The position numbers and the translations under genes were made by a program. From an uncultured bacterium (GTDB lineage: Bacteria; Hydrothermota; Tepidihabitantia; Tepidihabitantales; Tepidihabitantaceae), in the NCBI GenBank assembly GCA_964590395.1, contig CAZPVT010000021.1, positions 1,329-65,328 on the forward strand: a DNA stretch of 64,000 bases, in the 5' to 3' direction. The notes beneath the pieces are model-generated. The model saw nothing but the letters and a program-made list of their open reading frames with translations, searched no databases and was not told the origin of the DNA. This document shows, in pieces, positions 1-9,956 of the stretch (the stretch's first letter is position 1; every line of letters starts with the position of its first letter).

Positions 1-42
1 CCGCCAGCGCTAGTCCTGAGCCAGGATCAAACCCTCCAAGCG
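1..42 (-). rRNA. rrs: 16S rRNA, 5' end only (gene continues off the left edge)
   Basis: Reverse complement reads GAGGGTTTGATCCTGGCTCAGGACTAGCGCTGGCGG, i.e. the 27F region plus the conserved CGCTGGCGG. The 5' end is estimated from E. coli numbering. Confidence 0.93.
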
Positions 43-100
43 AAAAGCTTAGAAGGAATTGACTTGGCACAACCCGAGCACGCTTTGGGTTACATCCGAA

Positions 101-113
101 TTATCAAAGAGCA
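101..113 (-). promoter_or_regulatory. rRNA leader boxA antitermination element
   Basis: TGCTCTTTGATAA on the minus strand between promoter and 16S; E. coli boxA is TGCTCTTTAACA. Confidence 0.75.
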
Positions 114-129
114 GTATCTCTGTACTTAT

Positions 130-157
130 ACAATACACACAAAAAAACCGCTGTCAA
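130..157 (-). promoter_or_regulatory. sigma70 promoter of rRNA operon
   Basis: TTGACA(157-152)-16 bp-TATTGT(135-130); a 16-bp spacer is typical of rRNA promoters. Confidence 0.7.
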
Positions 158-253
158 GCGCGTTTTTAACAAATGCTTGTAGTAATAAAACATTCAAAAA
201 CAAACTGTTAATGGAATGTGTTGAGAAAATATCTTAACTTGTCATTAGCGGAC

Positions 254-517
254 TTAACTGGAGTTCTTGCTATCCGGGGTTTTAGTCACTTTTTCCGAAT
301 GCTGGGGTTTCTGTTCAACTGCTGATTGCCGGTTTTTGTAATCGGTGATGTAAAAACCAGTGCCTTTGAAGATCAGTCCGGAGCCACCAGAAATCAACCG
401 CACAACAGCTTTTCGTTGGTGACACTTCGGACAGTTTCTCGCCGGCGCTTCAGTGATTTTCTGAAACAAACTGAATTTATGACCGCACTTGCGACAACGA
501 TATTCATAAGTGGGCAT
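254..517 (-). CDS. FmdB-family zinc-ribbon putative regulatory protein
   Basis: MPTYEYRCxxCG...CPxC...FKGTGFYITDY signature. Confidence 0.9.
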   Translation of the reverse strand: MPTYEYRCRKCGHKFSLFQKITEAPARNCPKCHQRKAVVRLISGGSGLIFKGTGFYITDYKNRQSAVEQKPQHSEKVTKTPDSKNSS

Positions 518-542
518 CGATTTTACCTTTTTCTAAATGGTG

Positions 543-572
543 CGACGGGAGCGCCGCGCGGCGCTCCCGTCG
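543..572. terminator. GC-rich 30-bp perfect palindrome downstream of groEL (stem-loop: terminator or mRNA stabiliser)
   Basis: CGACGGGAGCGCCGC|GCGGCGCTCCCGTCG; no clear U-tract on the minus strand. Confidence 0.55.
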
Positions 573-581
573 GGAGGGTGA

Positions 582-2225
582 TTAATATTCACCGCCGTAG
601 CCACCAGGTGGTGTTGGTGTCTTTTCCTTCTCTGGCAGTTCAGCGATCGCACACTCGGTTGTGATCATCAGCCCGGCAACGCTTGCTGCATTCTGCAGTG
701 CCACGCGGGTTACCTTGGTCGGGTCGATGATGCCCATCTCAAACATGTCGCCGTACTCCAGTGTCTCACAGTTGAATCCGGAGTTACCCTTTTCTTCTTT
801 GACCCGGTTGAACACGATTGAGCCATCAACTCCGGCGTTCTGGGCAAGTTGCCGAATTGGTTCCTCCAGTGCCCGCTTGACGATATTGGCACCGATCTGC
901 TCGTCACTTTCCAGTTTCAGTTTGTCCACTGCTGGAATGCAGCGCACCAGCGCCACCCCACCGCCCGCTACAACACCCTCTTCCACCGCTGCCCGGGTGG
1001 CGTGAAGGGCGTCTTCAACCAGCGCCTTTTTGTTCTTCATCTCCACTTCTGTCGCGGCGCCAACATTAATAACCGCTACACCACCGGCAAGTTTGGCAAG
1101 CCGCTCCTGAAGTTTCTCACGGTCGTAGTCGGACTTGGTCTCTTCAATCTGCTTACGGATCTGCTCAATGCGAGCCTGAATGTCCGCCTTCTTGCCCGCA
1201 CCTTCAACGATCGTGGTGTTCTCTTTGTCAATCACCACCCGTTTGGTAACACCCAGATCGGAAATCTGGACATTCTCCAGTTTGATGCCCAGATCCTCAG
1301 AAATCAGACGGCCACCGGTCAGGATGGCAATGTCCTCCATCATTGCCCGGCGACGGTCACCATAGCCCGGTGCTTTAACCGCACAGCAGCGCAGGGTGCC
1401 TTTGATATGGTTGACCACCAGTCCGGCAAGTGCTTCGCCCTCCACCTCTTCGGCAATTACGAGGATCGGTTTACCCCGCTGTGCCACCTTTTCCAGAATC
1501 GGCAGAAGATCGCGCATTGAGGAGATCTTCTTTTCATAGAGCAATACAAAGGCATCCTCAAGGATTGCCTCCATCCTCTGATTCTGGGGTGAGGTTGTGC
1601 CCGGTTCAAGGGCAAAGTAGGGAGATAGATACCCGCGGTCAAACTGCATACCTTCAACTACTTCAAGGGTTGTTTCTACCGACTTTGCCTCTTCAACGGT
1701 GATCACTCCCTCTTTGCCGACTTTCTCCATTGCATCTGCGATCAGTTTACCGATCTCCTTGTCGTTGTTGGCAGAGATGGTGGCAACCTGTTCAATTTCC
1801 TCACGACCGGTGGTCTTCTTGGAAATCCGCTTGAGTTCAGCAACCGCTGCTTCAACCGCTTTATCAATACCACGCTTGAGTGCCATTGCATTGGCACCGG
1901 CGGTAACATTTTTTAGTCCTTCGCGATAGATGGCTTCCGCTAAGATCGTCGCGGTAGTGGTACCATCACCAGCGACATCCGAGGTCTTGGATGCTACTTC
2001 CTTGATCATCTGGGCGCCCATGTTTTCAAACTTGTCTTCAAGTTCAATCTCTTTGGCAACGGTAACGCCGTCCTTGCTCACGGTGGGTGCACCCCACTTT
2101 TTGTCAATTAAGACATTGTGACCGCGCGGACCAAGCGTCACCTTTACCGCATGGGCGAGTTGTTCTGCGCCGCGCAGAATCGCCCTTCGGGCATCTTCTT
2201 CAAATTTCAACTGCTTTGCTGGCAT
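582..2225 (-). CDS. groL: chaperonin GroEL
   Basis: [39 protein letters not shown] motifs; 547 aa; SD AGGAGG. Confidence 0.99.
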   Translation of the reverse strand: MPAKQLKFEEDARRAILRGAEQLAHAVKVTLGPRGHNVLIDKKWGAPTVSKDGVTVAKEIELEDKFENMGAQMIKEVASKTSDVAGDGTTTATILAEAIYREGLKNVTAGANAMALKRGIDKAVEAAVAELKRISKKTTGREEIEQVATISANNDKEIGKLIADAMEKVGKEGVITVEEAKSVETTLEVVEGMQFDRGYLSPYFALEPGTTSPQNQRMEAILEDAFVLLYEKKISSMRDLLPILEKVAQRGKPILVIAEEVEGEALAGLVVNHIKGTLRCCAVKAPGYGDRRRAMMEDIAILTGGRLISEDLGIKLENVQISDLGVTKRVVIDKENTTIVEGAGKKADIQARIEQIRKQIEETKSDYDREKLQERLAKLAGGVAVINVGAATEVEMKNKKALVEDALHATRAAVEEGVVAGGGVALVRCIPAVDKLKLESDEQIGANIVKRALEEPIRQLAQNAGVDGSIVFNRVKEEKGNSGFNCETLEYGDMFEMGIIDPTKVTRVALQNAASVAGLMITTECAIAELPEKEKTPTPPGGYGGEY

Positions 2226-2243
2226 TTTTCACTCCTCCTTCTT

Positions 2244-2540
2244 TTATTTTTCTTTTTCGACGATCGCCAGGACATCGTCCTCGCGCATAATCAGATACTC
2301 TTCATCGCCGATCCGAATCTCATTGCCTGAGTACTTACCGAACAGGATGTAGTCACCCTTTTTCACCTCCATCGGAATCCGGTTGCCTTTGTCGTCAATT
2401 CGGCCCGATCCCACCGCGATCACCTTACCCTGCTGCGGTTTTTCCTTGGCGGTGTCTGGGATGATAATCCCGCCCTTTTTGACCTCTTCTTCAACTCTTT
2501 CTACCAGGATTCTGTCCTGTAAGGGTTTAATCTTCATCAC
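2244..2540 (-). CDS. groS: co-chaperonin GroES
   Basis: [31 protein letters not shown]; directly upstream of groEL. Confidence 0.99.
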   Translation of the reverse strand: MMKIKPLQDRILVERVEEEVKKGGIIIPDTAKEKPQQGKVIAVGSGRIDDKGNRIPMEVKKGDYILFGKYSGNEIRIGDEEYLIMREDDVLAIVEKEK

Positions 2541-2672
2541 GCCTCCTTTTTATATTTAATATTAAATTTATTATAACTTATGTAATTTCAAACACCTCGC
2601 ATTCCCATCTCCACCCCCTCATTACAATTAGACATCAGGCGGGGTAAAAAGGTTTCAGAAATTTATAATAAC

Positions 2673-2746
2673 TGGGCGATACCTGAATTGAACAGGTGAC
2701 CTCCTCCTTGTAAGGGAGGCGCTCTCGCCAACTGAGCTAATCGCCC
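2673..2746 (-). tRNA. tRNA-Val (anticodon TAC), CCA end not encoded
   Basis: GGGCGATTAGCTCAGTTGGCGAGAGCGCCTCCCTTACAAGGAGGAGGTCACCTGTTCAATTCAGGTATCGCCCA folds as a cloverleaf with a TAC anticodon. Confidence 0.95.
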
Positions 2747-2757
2747 TTAAGGACACA

Positions 2758-2786
2758 ATCATAGCAAGATTAATTGGGGATGTCAA
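2758..2786 (-). promoter_or_regulatory. sigma70 promoter for tRNA-Val
   Basis: TTGACA-17-TATGAT just upstream of the tRNA. Confidence 0.75.
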
Positions 2787-2823
2787 ACAGATTGATTTGG
2801 TTGATTTTAAAACAGCGGTTAGG

Positions 2824-5046
2824 TCAATTAGCCTGTGTCCGGCGGATTTGGGAAACCAGTTGACCTATTGCGCTGATTAACTTCAACCCGGCAAGAAATG
2901 CGACGGTGTTGATAACACCGATGATCGGGACAAAAATGATCGCGGTAAAAAAACCACCCAGAGTCCCACCGGTGAAATCCAGCAGGCTCAACAAGCCAGC
3001 AGTTCTCCCTCCTGTCACTCTGTTAAGCTGGTGTTCAATGCTTGCCACCCCGAATTGCCACCCCAAAACCGCACCGCTGATGAGTAGTACCAGTAAGAAC
3101 ATTAATTTTCCACCCCAACCAGCAAGCAGAGATAAAATCCAAAGCAGAATAAGAAAAACAAGTTCACCAGCCAAGAATAGCCAGGACCAGACCTTTGGGC
3201 TGGGGGCAAATTTTTTTTCTAAAATCAAGGTGATTGCGGCACCGGGAACGGTTCCCAACATAAAACCCGCGAGCATAAGGGTTAATGCCGAGTACACTGT
3301 ACCGAACCGAATCTGATAGAGCAAGATCGCCAGTGTAGAAAATCCCGCGCCCGCGAATCCAGAGGTTAAAATCCCCAATGCCCGGGCGAAGGTTTTTCGT
3401 TTGCTACTGCCTAATACCGTGGTGATCAGCAATAAAAAAAGGGCTGGTAGGATTGCGCGGTTTACAGCCCTGGGAAGGGCAGAGAGCATCCGGGCAAAAC
3501 CGGGTGATGAACGTTTTACCTCCCAGACCATATTGAGAAAAAGTTCCTTAGGAAGAAGGTCTTGATTTACCGCTTGGGTGGTGGCGATACTTTTTTGGAA
3601 CATTTGCTGACGGAACGGGGCAAGCAGCATCCGCAGATAATCCGGGGTTAGCACGGTTAATTGGAGGTTATTTTGGTTTAAGCGAACGGCAAGAGTTTCC
3701 GGATTGAGATTTAATCGTTGTTTGCTGGCGATGAGCACCGGCAGGTCAAGCCCGACGGTAGTAACACAGGGAAAAGCCTGGTTAAGAGTGGTAATTCTTA
3801 TCCCGGTGAGGAGTGCTATTTCCGGTCCCAGGTTGTCCACTGACCCGGGTGGGAAGGTGAAAACCGCTCCTTTATTTTTTAACCGTTTAGCACAGAGCAG
3901 AAAAAACTCTCGGCTAAAAAGGCGGTTGGTGCTGAGGCTGGTTGGGGCATTGGTGGGGATGATTATCAGATCAAAACTGTCTTCAACACGGTTGAGGAAC
4001 TGACGGGGGTCAATGGTTAGCAGTTTAACCTTCGGATCGGTAATCTCTGCTGTTAGGGGCTTGCCACCGGCCCTTTTCATCTCTTCAACGAGCAGTGAAT
4101 CAAGTTGGGTTACGATGATCTGAATCTCCGGATATTTAATTAACTCCAACACTATCCCTCCCAAACCGGCGCCGAGCAACAGGACCTTTTTAGCGTTGCC
4201 GTGGCTAAGCATCGGCAGATGAGCAACCTGTTCGATGGTTATTTTTTCAATTACCGGGTAACGCATTACTGTTACTCCATCGTACAGGAGTAACCGCTCG
4301 CCGGCTTGATCCAAGGTAACGATTTTGCCATACGGCGACTCTCTGATGGCTAATACCCGATGCCCAGGCCAGAACGATTGGAGCAGGATCTTTTCCCAGT
4401 GTTGGGCGGTGGTGGTTCCCGCGATCATCAGGATGCTACCAACTGTTACTAATACCATTCCCTTAACCCGGCAAGCGGCTAAAAGTGATAGGGTAGCCAA
4501 TAAGATTCCTGCGAACAGGCAGACGATACCCAGCGCGGATAACCTGGGGATTAAATAAAAATAACAGGCAAGGGCAGCCAGAAATGTGCCGGCACCTTCG
4601 GTGAGATATGCCCAGTTCACTCCGCGGTGACGTTTTGAACCGGCGGTAAGATCGGCGCCCAGGGCGAAGAGTGCTCCATGGCTGAGCGCGGGTAGAACAA
4701 CTACCAGTGCAGTTACTGCACCGAGGGTCAGGATATTCAGACTTTCACCGGGAAGAAAGCCGAACATTTTTTTACTGAGCGGGACAGCGATCACGCCGAA
4801 AACAGAACTGAGGGCGGAAATAGTGCCGAGGGTTAGATAAATGCTCTTTGCCCGGTTTGCCAGTCGTTCGGCGAACCTGCCCATTAATACCGCGCCAACT
4901 CCTTCTGATAATAACCAAAAGGAAAGAAAAATGCCCGCGGAAAGTTCATTGCCGGCAAAGAGGGCAAAGAGTTCGCGCAGTAAGACTACCTGAGTTACTA
5001 ATCCTAAACTACCGATTACGGCGATCGTCAGCAGTAATTGAGTCAT
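2824..5046 (-). CDS. membrane-bound spermidine synthase-like protein (multi-TM / aminopropyltransferase-fold fusion)
   Basis: TM blocks flank a central domain with ESPYGKI, VLLLGAGLGG, FDLIII and LFSREFF...KRLKNKG. Confidence 0.8.
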   Translation of the reverse strand: MTQLLLTIAVIGSLGLVTQVVLLRELFALFAGNELSAGIFLSFWLLSEGVGAVLMGRFAERLANRAKSIYLTLGTISALSSVFGVIAVPLSKKMFGFLPGESLNILTLGAVTALVVVLPALSHGALFALGADLTAGSKRHRGVNWAYLTEGAGTFLAALACYFYLIPRLSALGIVCLFAGILLATLSLLAACRVKGMVLVTVGSILMIAGTTTAQHWEKILLQSFWPGHRVLAIRESPYGKIVTLDQAGERLLLYDGVTVMRYPVIEKITIEQVAHLPMLSHGNAKKVLLLGAGLGGIVLELIKYPEIQIIVTQLDSLLVEEMKRAGGKPLTAEITDPKVKLLTIDPRQFLNRVEDSFDLIIIPTNAPTSLSTNRLFSREFFLLCAKRLKNKGAVFTFPPGSVDNLGPEIALLTGIRITTLNQAFPCVTTVGLDLPVLIASKQRLNLNPETLAVRLNQNNLQLTVLTPDYLRMLLAPFRQQMFQKSIATTQAVNQDLLPKELFLNMVWEVKRSSPGFARMLSALPRAVNRAILPALFLLLITTVLGSSKRKTFARALGILTSGFAGAGFSTLAILLYQIRFGTVYSALTLMLAGFMLGTVPGAAITLILEKKFAPSPKVWSWLFLAGELVFLILLWILSLLAGWGGKLMFLLVLLISGAVLGWQFGVASIEHQLNRVTGGRTAGLLSLLDFTGGTLGGFFTAIIFVPIIGVINTVAFLAGLKLISAIGQLVSQIRRTQAN

Positions 5047-5192
5047 AAATGGTCGCTGGCAGATGTCCCAATCAACAGTATGTTCACTTTTTTATTATAC
5101 AGTTAATCACGTACCCGGCAACAGATAACCGGATATTGGTGCTGATTGGTTAATGCCGGGGCGGTGACGTTTTGCCCGCCAGTGATTTTTGC

Positions 5193-5232
5193 TTGACAGG
5201 AAGCCATAATTCTGGTATTATAATACCAGAAT
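5193..5232 (+). promoter_or_regulatory. sigma70 promoter overlapped by a 24-bp perfect palindrome (probable Rrf2 operator)
   Basis: TTGACA(5193)-17-TATTAT(5216); ATTCTGGTATTATAATACCAGAAT at 5209-5232 is its own reverse complement. Confidence 0.8.
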
Positions 5233-5238
5233 AGAAAT

Positions 5239-5691
5239 ATGGCAGAGCTTTTCAATATCTCGGATGCGGCGCGTATCGGTCTGCATGCGGTGTTGTTATT
5301 AGCCCAGCAGCCCGACGAACGGCTGACTATTAATGAACTTGCCGCGGCGCTCGGTTGTTCTACTGCCCATCTGGCGAAGATACTGGCGCAACTACAGCGG
5401 ACTGGGTTTGTTAAAGGTAAAAGTGGTCCGAATGGTGGTTACCAACTTGCCCGATCAGCAGACCAAATTTCGCTGCTGGAGGTTTATCAGGCGATTGAAG
5501 GAGAGGTCTTGGCGGCAAGGTGTCCGTTTGCAGTGCCGGTTTGCGACGGCGGTGGTTGTCCGCTGGGCACCTTTTTTCAGTATCTCAACCGGCAGGTAAT
5601 TAGCCGTTTGAGCCGTCAGAAACTGAGCGAAGTCAAACTCAAATTTGGAGGTAAAGATGGGCAAAAAAAGGAAGATAATAAAGATCGATGA
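5239..5691 (+). CDS. Rrf2-family transcriptional regulator (three Cys, likely Fe-S)
   Basis: HLAKILAQL, GPNGGYQLAR, ISLLEVYQAIEG, C-x5-C-x4-C. Confidence 0.93.
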   Translation: MAELFNISDAARIGLHAVLLLAQQPDERLTINELAAALGCSTAHLAKILAQLQRTGFVKGKSGPNGGYQLARSADQISLLEVYQAIEGEVLAARCPFAVPVCDGGGCPLGTFFQYLNRQVISRLSRQKLSEVKLKFGGKDGQKKEDNKDR

Positions 5692-6475
5692 GGAGAAATG
5701 TACGGGATGCGGTTTATGCATTCCCAACTGTCCGGAAGGGGCTTTGCAGGTAATCGATGGTAAGGCGCGATTGATCTCGGATCTGTTCTGTGATGGTCTG
5801 GGTGCCTGTGTGGGCACCTGTCCGGAAGGGGCACTGACCATTGAGGAACGGGAGGCTGAGCCTTACGATGAACGTCGGGTTATGGCAAATATCGTCAAGG
5901 CAGGTGCTAACACGATTGCGGCACACCTGCGCCACCTGAAGGAGCATGGTGCTGAACGTTATTATCAGGAGGCGGTGGCTTATCTGCGAGAGCACCGGAT
6001 ACCGATTCCGAAGGAAAATTTCACATCCCTACCCTGTGGTTGTCCGGGGACCGCGGTGCAGAGTATGACGTCAGCAGTAGATGCCGAGGAGATCCGGGAC
6101 ACGCGACCATCCCGGCTTAGCAACTGGCCGGTGCAACTGATGCTGGTACCGGTGAATGCCCCTTATTTTAACAACGGTCAGCTGGTCATTGCTGCGGACT
6201 GCGTCGGTTTTGCCCAGCCGGATTTTCACGAGTGTTTCTTAAAGGGTAAGGTGCTGTTAGTCTGCTGTCCGAAACTGGATGATGCCCAGTTCTATGTGGA
6301 GAAGTTGACCAGGATATTGCAGGAGAATAAAATAATTGCGCTGACTGTGCTGCATATGGAAGTACCCTGCTGTTTCGGGCTGATGGCGATTGTCCGGGAG
6401 GCGCTGAAATTGAGCGGTAAGAATATACCGTTAACCGAGTTTACTATTAGAATCGATGGTAGAATTAAGGAGTAG
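5657..6475 (+). CDS. 2x[4Fe-4S] ferredoxin-domain protein (hcp-associated type)
   Basis: CTGCGLCIPNCP and CDGLGACVGTCP; NWPVQL, AADC, CPKLD, MEVPCC. Start moved to ATG 5657 after SD GGAGG. Confidence 0.88.
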   Translation: MGKKRKIIKIDEEKCTGCGLCIPNCPEGALQVIDGKARLISDLFCDGLGACVGTCPEGALTIEEREAEPYDERRVMANIVKAGANTIAAHLRHLKEHGAERYYQEAVAYLREHRIPIPKENFTSLPCGCPGTAVQSMTSAVDAEEIRDTRPSRLSNWPVQLMLVPVNAPYFNNGQLVIAADCVGFAQPDFHECFLKGKVLLVCCPKLDDAQFYVEKLTRILQENKIIALTVLHMEVPCCFGLMAIVREALKLSGKNIPLTEFTIRIDGRIKE

Positions 6476-6479
6476 TTAT

Positions 6480-8129
6480 ATGGAGATGTTCTGTTACCAG
6501 TGTGAACAGACCGCGAAAGGAACCGGTTGCACGGTTCAGGGGGTGTGCGGTAAAGAACCGGTTGCCGCGAATCTGCAGGATCTCCTGATCTATGCGGTCA
6601 AAGGTATTGCCCAGTATGCGCACCGGGCGCGGCAACTAGGGGCTACGGACCAGGAGATCAACCACTTTACGGTTGAGACGTTATTTTCCACAATTACGAA
6701 TGTCAATTTTGATCCTGAGCGACTTAAGATGATGCTCGACCGTGCTTATGAGTTAAAGGTAAAGGCGGAAAAACTTTATCAAGATGCCTGTACCAAAAAA
6801 ACCAGAAAACCGGAAAGATTAACCGGACCAGCCAGGTGGGAGCCAAAGCCGGATATTGACGGACTTGTGGCACAGGGAAAGGCGGTGGGTATCGTTAAAC
6901 GACACGAGTCCTTTGGTGATAATATAGCGGACCTTATGGATTTAATCCTTTTCGGTTTAAAAGGGGCAGCAGCTTACACCGACCACGCCGCAATCTTAGG
7001 CAGGGAGGATGAAAGCATCTATGCTCAGTTTCACGAACTCTTGGACTATTTGGCGGGAGAGAGATTTGATACCGAAGAACTTTTCAATCGGTCGCTGAGC
7101 GTCGGGGAGTTGAACCTGAAGGTGATGGAACTACTGGATGGGGCAAACACCAGTGCCTACGGTGAACCGGTGCCGACACGGGTGCGTGTGACGCCGGTGC
7201 GGGGTAAGGCGATATGCGTTTCTGGACATGACCTGCGGGATCTGACAGCGCTACTGGAGCAGACAAAGGATAAAAATATCAATGTCTATACCCATGGTGA
7301 GATGTTGCCGGCGCACGGCTATCCAAAGTTGAAGGCTTATAAACATCTGGTCGGTAACTTCGGTTCTGCCTGGCAGAATCAGCAGCGTGAGTTTCCACTT
7401 TTTCCGGGCGCGATTTTGATGACTACTAACTGTTTACAGCGGCCCCAGGAGAGTTACAAGTCAAGAATTTTTACTTCCGGTTTGGTTGCCTGGCCCGGGG
7501 TCAAGCATGTCACAAGAGATGATTTTTCACCGGTAATCGAGACGGCGCTGAAACAGCCGGGATTTACTACCGAGGGGCTGGATCATTATATTACGGTTGG
7601 GTTTGCCCGGGCTACCCTTTTGTCTCAGGTGGAGTTGATTATTGAGATGCTTCAGACTCAGAAGCTCAAGCACATCTTTGTGATCGGCGGCTGTGATGGT
7701 GCCAAGCCAGGCAGGAATTATTATACTGATTTTGCCCAGATGGTGCCGGGTGACTGCATAATGATAACGATGGCTTGCGGTAAATATCGGTTTAATAAAC
7801 TGGAGTTTGGAACAATTGAGAGTCTACCCCGGTTGTTAGATGCCGGGCAGTGTAATGACAGTTATTCGGTAATTCAGTTTGTCCTCACCTTAAGCAGTAA
7901 ACTGGGAGTGAGTCCGAACGAGTTGCCGGTATCTTTTATCCTTTCCTGGTATGAACAGAAAGCGGTGGCGGTGCTTTTGACCCTGCTTTACCTCGGAATC
8001 AGAGATATCCGGCTCGGACCTTCGCTACCCGCGTTTCTGACTCCGACACTGGTGCAGGCACTTCAGGAGCGCTTTAACATTATGCCGCTTACGACACCGG
8101 CTGAAGACCTGAAGGCAATACAGATGTAA
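6480..8129 (+). CDS. hcp: hybrid cluster protein (hydroxylamine/NO reductase)
   Basis: MFCYQCEQT..GC..GVCGK, SGHDL, YTHGEMLPAH, GQCNDSY, SWYEQKA; start at ATG 6480 after AAGGAG. Confidence 0.97.
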   Translation: MEMFCYQCEQTAKGTGCTVQGVCGKEPVAANLQDLLIYAVKGIAQYAHRARQLGATDQEINHFTVETLFSTITNVNFDPERLKMMLDRAYELKVKAEKLYQDACTKKTRKPERLTGPARWEPKPDIDGLVAQGKAVGIVKRHESFGDNIADLMDLILFGLKGAAAYTDHAAILGREDESIYAQFHELLDYLAGERFDTEELFNRSLSVGELNLKVMELLDGANTSAYGEPVPTRVRVTPVRGKAICVSGHDLRDLTALLEQTKDKNINVYTHGEMLPAHGYPKLKAYKHLVGNFGSAWQNQQREFPLFPGAILMTTNCLQRPQESYKSRIFTSGLVAWPGVKHVTRDDFSPVIETALKQPGFTTEGLDHYITVGFARATLLSQVELIIEMLQTQKLKHIFVIGGCDGAKPGRNYYTDFAQMVPGDCIMITMACGKYRFNKLEFGTIESLPRLLDAGQCNDSYSVIQFVLTLSSKLGVSPNELPVSFILSWYEQKAVAVLLTLLYLGIRDIRLGPSLPAFLTPTLVQALQERFNIMPLTTPAEDLKAIQM

Positions 8130-8131
8130 AC

Positions 8132-9928
8132 TTAAGGACTGACAACCACCTTTGCGGTTAAGACCTGCTTTTCACTTGCCAACCGGACGAAATAAACACC
8201 GTTACTGACTAATCGCGGAGCGAGTTCAATTGTGCCTTCCGGTGCTACGATGCGCCGTGTGTAGATCGTTCTCCCCGCGGCATCAAAAATTGTCAGGTCG
8301 CCGGCTTTGGCTGTACCGAGTGAGTAATTGATCTTTAGCCTTCGGTTACGGGCGGGATTCGGAATATGGAGATAACCCAAGTTGAGTTTACCGGTAGTAC
8401 CGGCAACTGCGGAACGTTCAGTTGGCAGTGGACTGGCAATACCAGTACCGGGCACATAACGCCAAACTTCACAGGTTTTATTGCCTTTTAGTGCAAACAG
8501 AACTCCATTCCGCCAGCAGGTGATGTCACCACCGTCTTTGACCCTTTTCTTAACTCCGGTTGTGCCAACAGTGGGGATGGTGTCCAGTTCAATCCAGGAG
8601 TCACCCTCAGGGAAGTATCGCCAGAATTCTGAGGTGTTGCCGCCCTTGAGCGCAAGAATTGAGTTAAACGCCCAGGTTGCAGAGCCACCATCTTTTGAGC
8701 GTTTACGAGTCAGCATCGTCGGGCTACTAACCGGCATTCCGGTAAGCGGGGTCATCTGCCAGGCACCCAGTAGCAGATCGTAGCAGTAGAACTCATGATA
8801 CTTGCCTTTGTGCGCAAATAGACTCGCCTCGCCGTCGGAAACCAACCAGGAGCCCTGCGCCCATTTTCTCAAACCAGGTGCAGTGGGCAACTCTTCCCAT
8901 TCCTGACGAAGGATGTTGTAGCGGTAGAACTCATTTCTTGGACCTTTAAGGAGATAGATATAACGAACCCCCATGTCGTTGACACACTCCATGTCACAAC
9001 CGACCTTAACCTTACGTATCCCAGGTACATCTGGTAACTGCTCCCATTCATTGTTGTAGCAGTTATGGCGCCAGAAACCGCTGGTGTTATTGCCTTTGAG
9101 CGCATAGATATAGCCATTGTGATCAGAGCAGGCGGTGGCACCCTTGCCCGGTTTTTTCCCCTCTCTGCCGTCGGGCCAGTGAGGAAGTGAGTCCCAGGTG
9201 TTATTCAATGGGTTATACCGGTAAAAATCGGCAGATTTGTTGCCCTTGGCAATATAAATCATGTCAGTAACCGGGTCAGCAACGATAAACCCGCCACCGC
9301 GAACCGCTCGGCCACTGGGATAAGCAGGAGCCGGTTCGACCTCACGCCAACCTTCAGGCCAGTTAGGACGATCGAGGACCTTAAAGACCGCGGCTACCGT
9401 ATCATTGCTTGGATTGGTATCAGTTGCTAAATATACCGAACAGCGCGCAGTGTGTGCGCCCAGGTTGCGCAGTCGATAACTCTGGAATGTTACAAGAGCA
9501 GTCCGTCCCGCATCAACCGTTACCACTTTCGGATTCTGATAGACAGTGGTATTTCCCCTTTTTATAGAAAACACCACCGAGAACATTTCGCTGACACTGC
9601 CCAGATTTGCCACCTCTGCTTTCGGAGTTACCGGATTGATGGTGTCAACTACACCGAGCGGAGCGAGGATTCGTACCGCGGCGACATCGTGTTTTGGACC
9701 GCTTTGCGGTCGCGGATGCCAGAAGCCGATCCAGGCACGGTAATTACCACCAGTGGCATAGCCAATCGTAGTTTGATGAAAACTGCCGTAACCGATATAA
9801 CTACCACTGGTGGCTTTCACCCCGCCGGCATCAATTACCCATTCGGGCAGGCGGTAATTCTGTGCTGATAGCGCGGTTAATCCTATAAGGATTATTGAAA
9901 GTGTCGAGCGCCGGATGTTATTATTCAT
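8132..9928 (-). CDS. secreted Kelch beta-propeller protein with Ig/CARDB-like domain and T9SS-type C-terminal tail
   Basis: Signal peptide; repeated YALKGNxTxEFWRY Kelch-like units; C-terminal PNP...IFDAAGR...GVYFVRL...KVVV. Confidence 0.8.
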   Translation of the reverse strand: MNNNIRRSTLSIILIGLTALSAQNYRLPEWVIDAGGVKATSGSYIGYGSFHQTTIGYATGGNYRAWIGFWHPRPQSGPKHDVAAVRILAPLGVVDTINPVTPKAEVANLGSVSEMFSVVFSIKRGNTTVYQNPKVVTVDAGRTALVTFQSYRLRNLGAHTARCSVYLATDTNPSNDTVAAVFKVLDRPNWPEGWREVEPAPAYPSGRAVRGGGFIVADPVTDMIYIAKGNKSADFYRYNPLNNTWDSLPHWPDGREGKKPGKGATACSDHNGYIYALKGNNTSGFWRHNCYNNEWEQLPDVPGIRKVKVGCDMECVNDMGVRYIYLLKGPRNEFYRYNILRQEWEELPTAPGLRKWAQGSWLVSDGEASLFAHKGKYHEFYCYDLLLGAWQMTPLTGMPVSSPTMLTRKRSKDGGSATWAFNSILALKGGNTSEFWRYFPEGDSWIELDTIPTVGTTGVKKRVKDGGDITCWRNGVLFALKGNKTCEVWRYVPGTGIASPLPTERSAVAGTTGKLNLGYLHIPNPARNRRLKINYSLGTAKAGDLTIFDAAGRTIYTRRIVAPEGTIELAPRLVSNGVYFVRLASEKQVLTAKVVVSP

Positions 9929-9956
9929 CTTCCACCTCCGTTCCCGGTTTTCAGAG

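Noticed and set aside
326-2330. Antisense and alternate-frame ORFs over groEL and other genes throughout the window
   Set aside because: Shadow ORFs of well-supported genes with no recognisable motifs.
2673-2830. tRNA-Val as an integration site of a mobile element
   Set aside because: No integrase gene and no duplicated tRNA 3' end noticed in the window.
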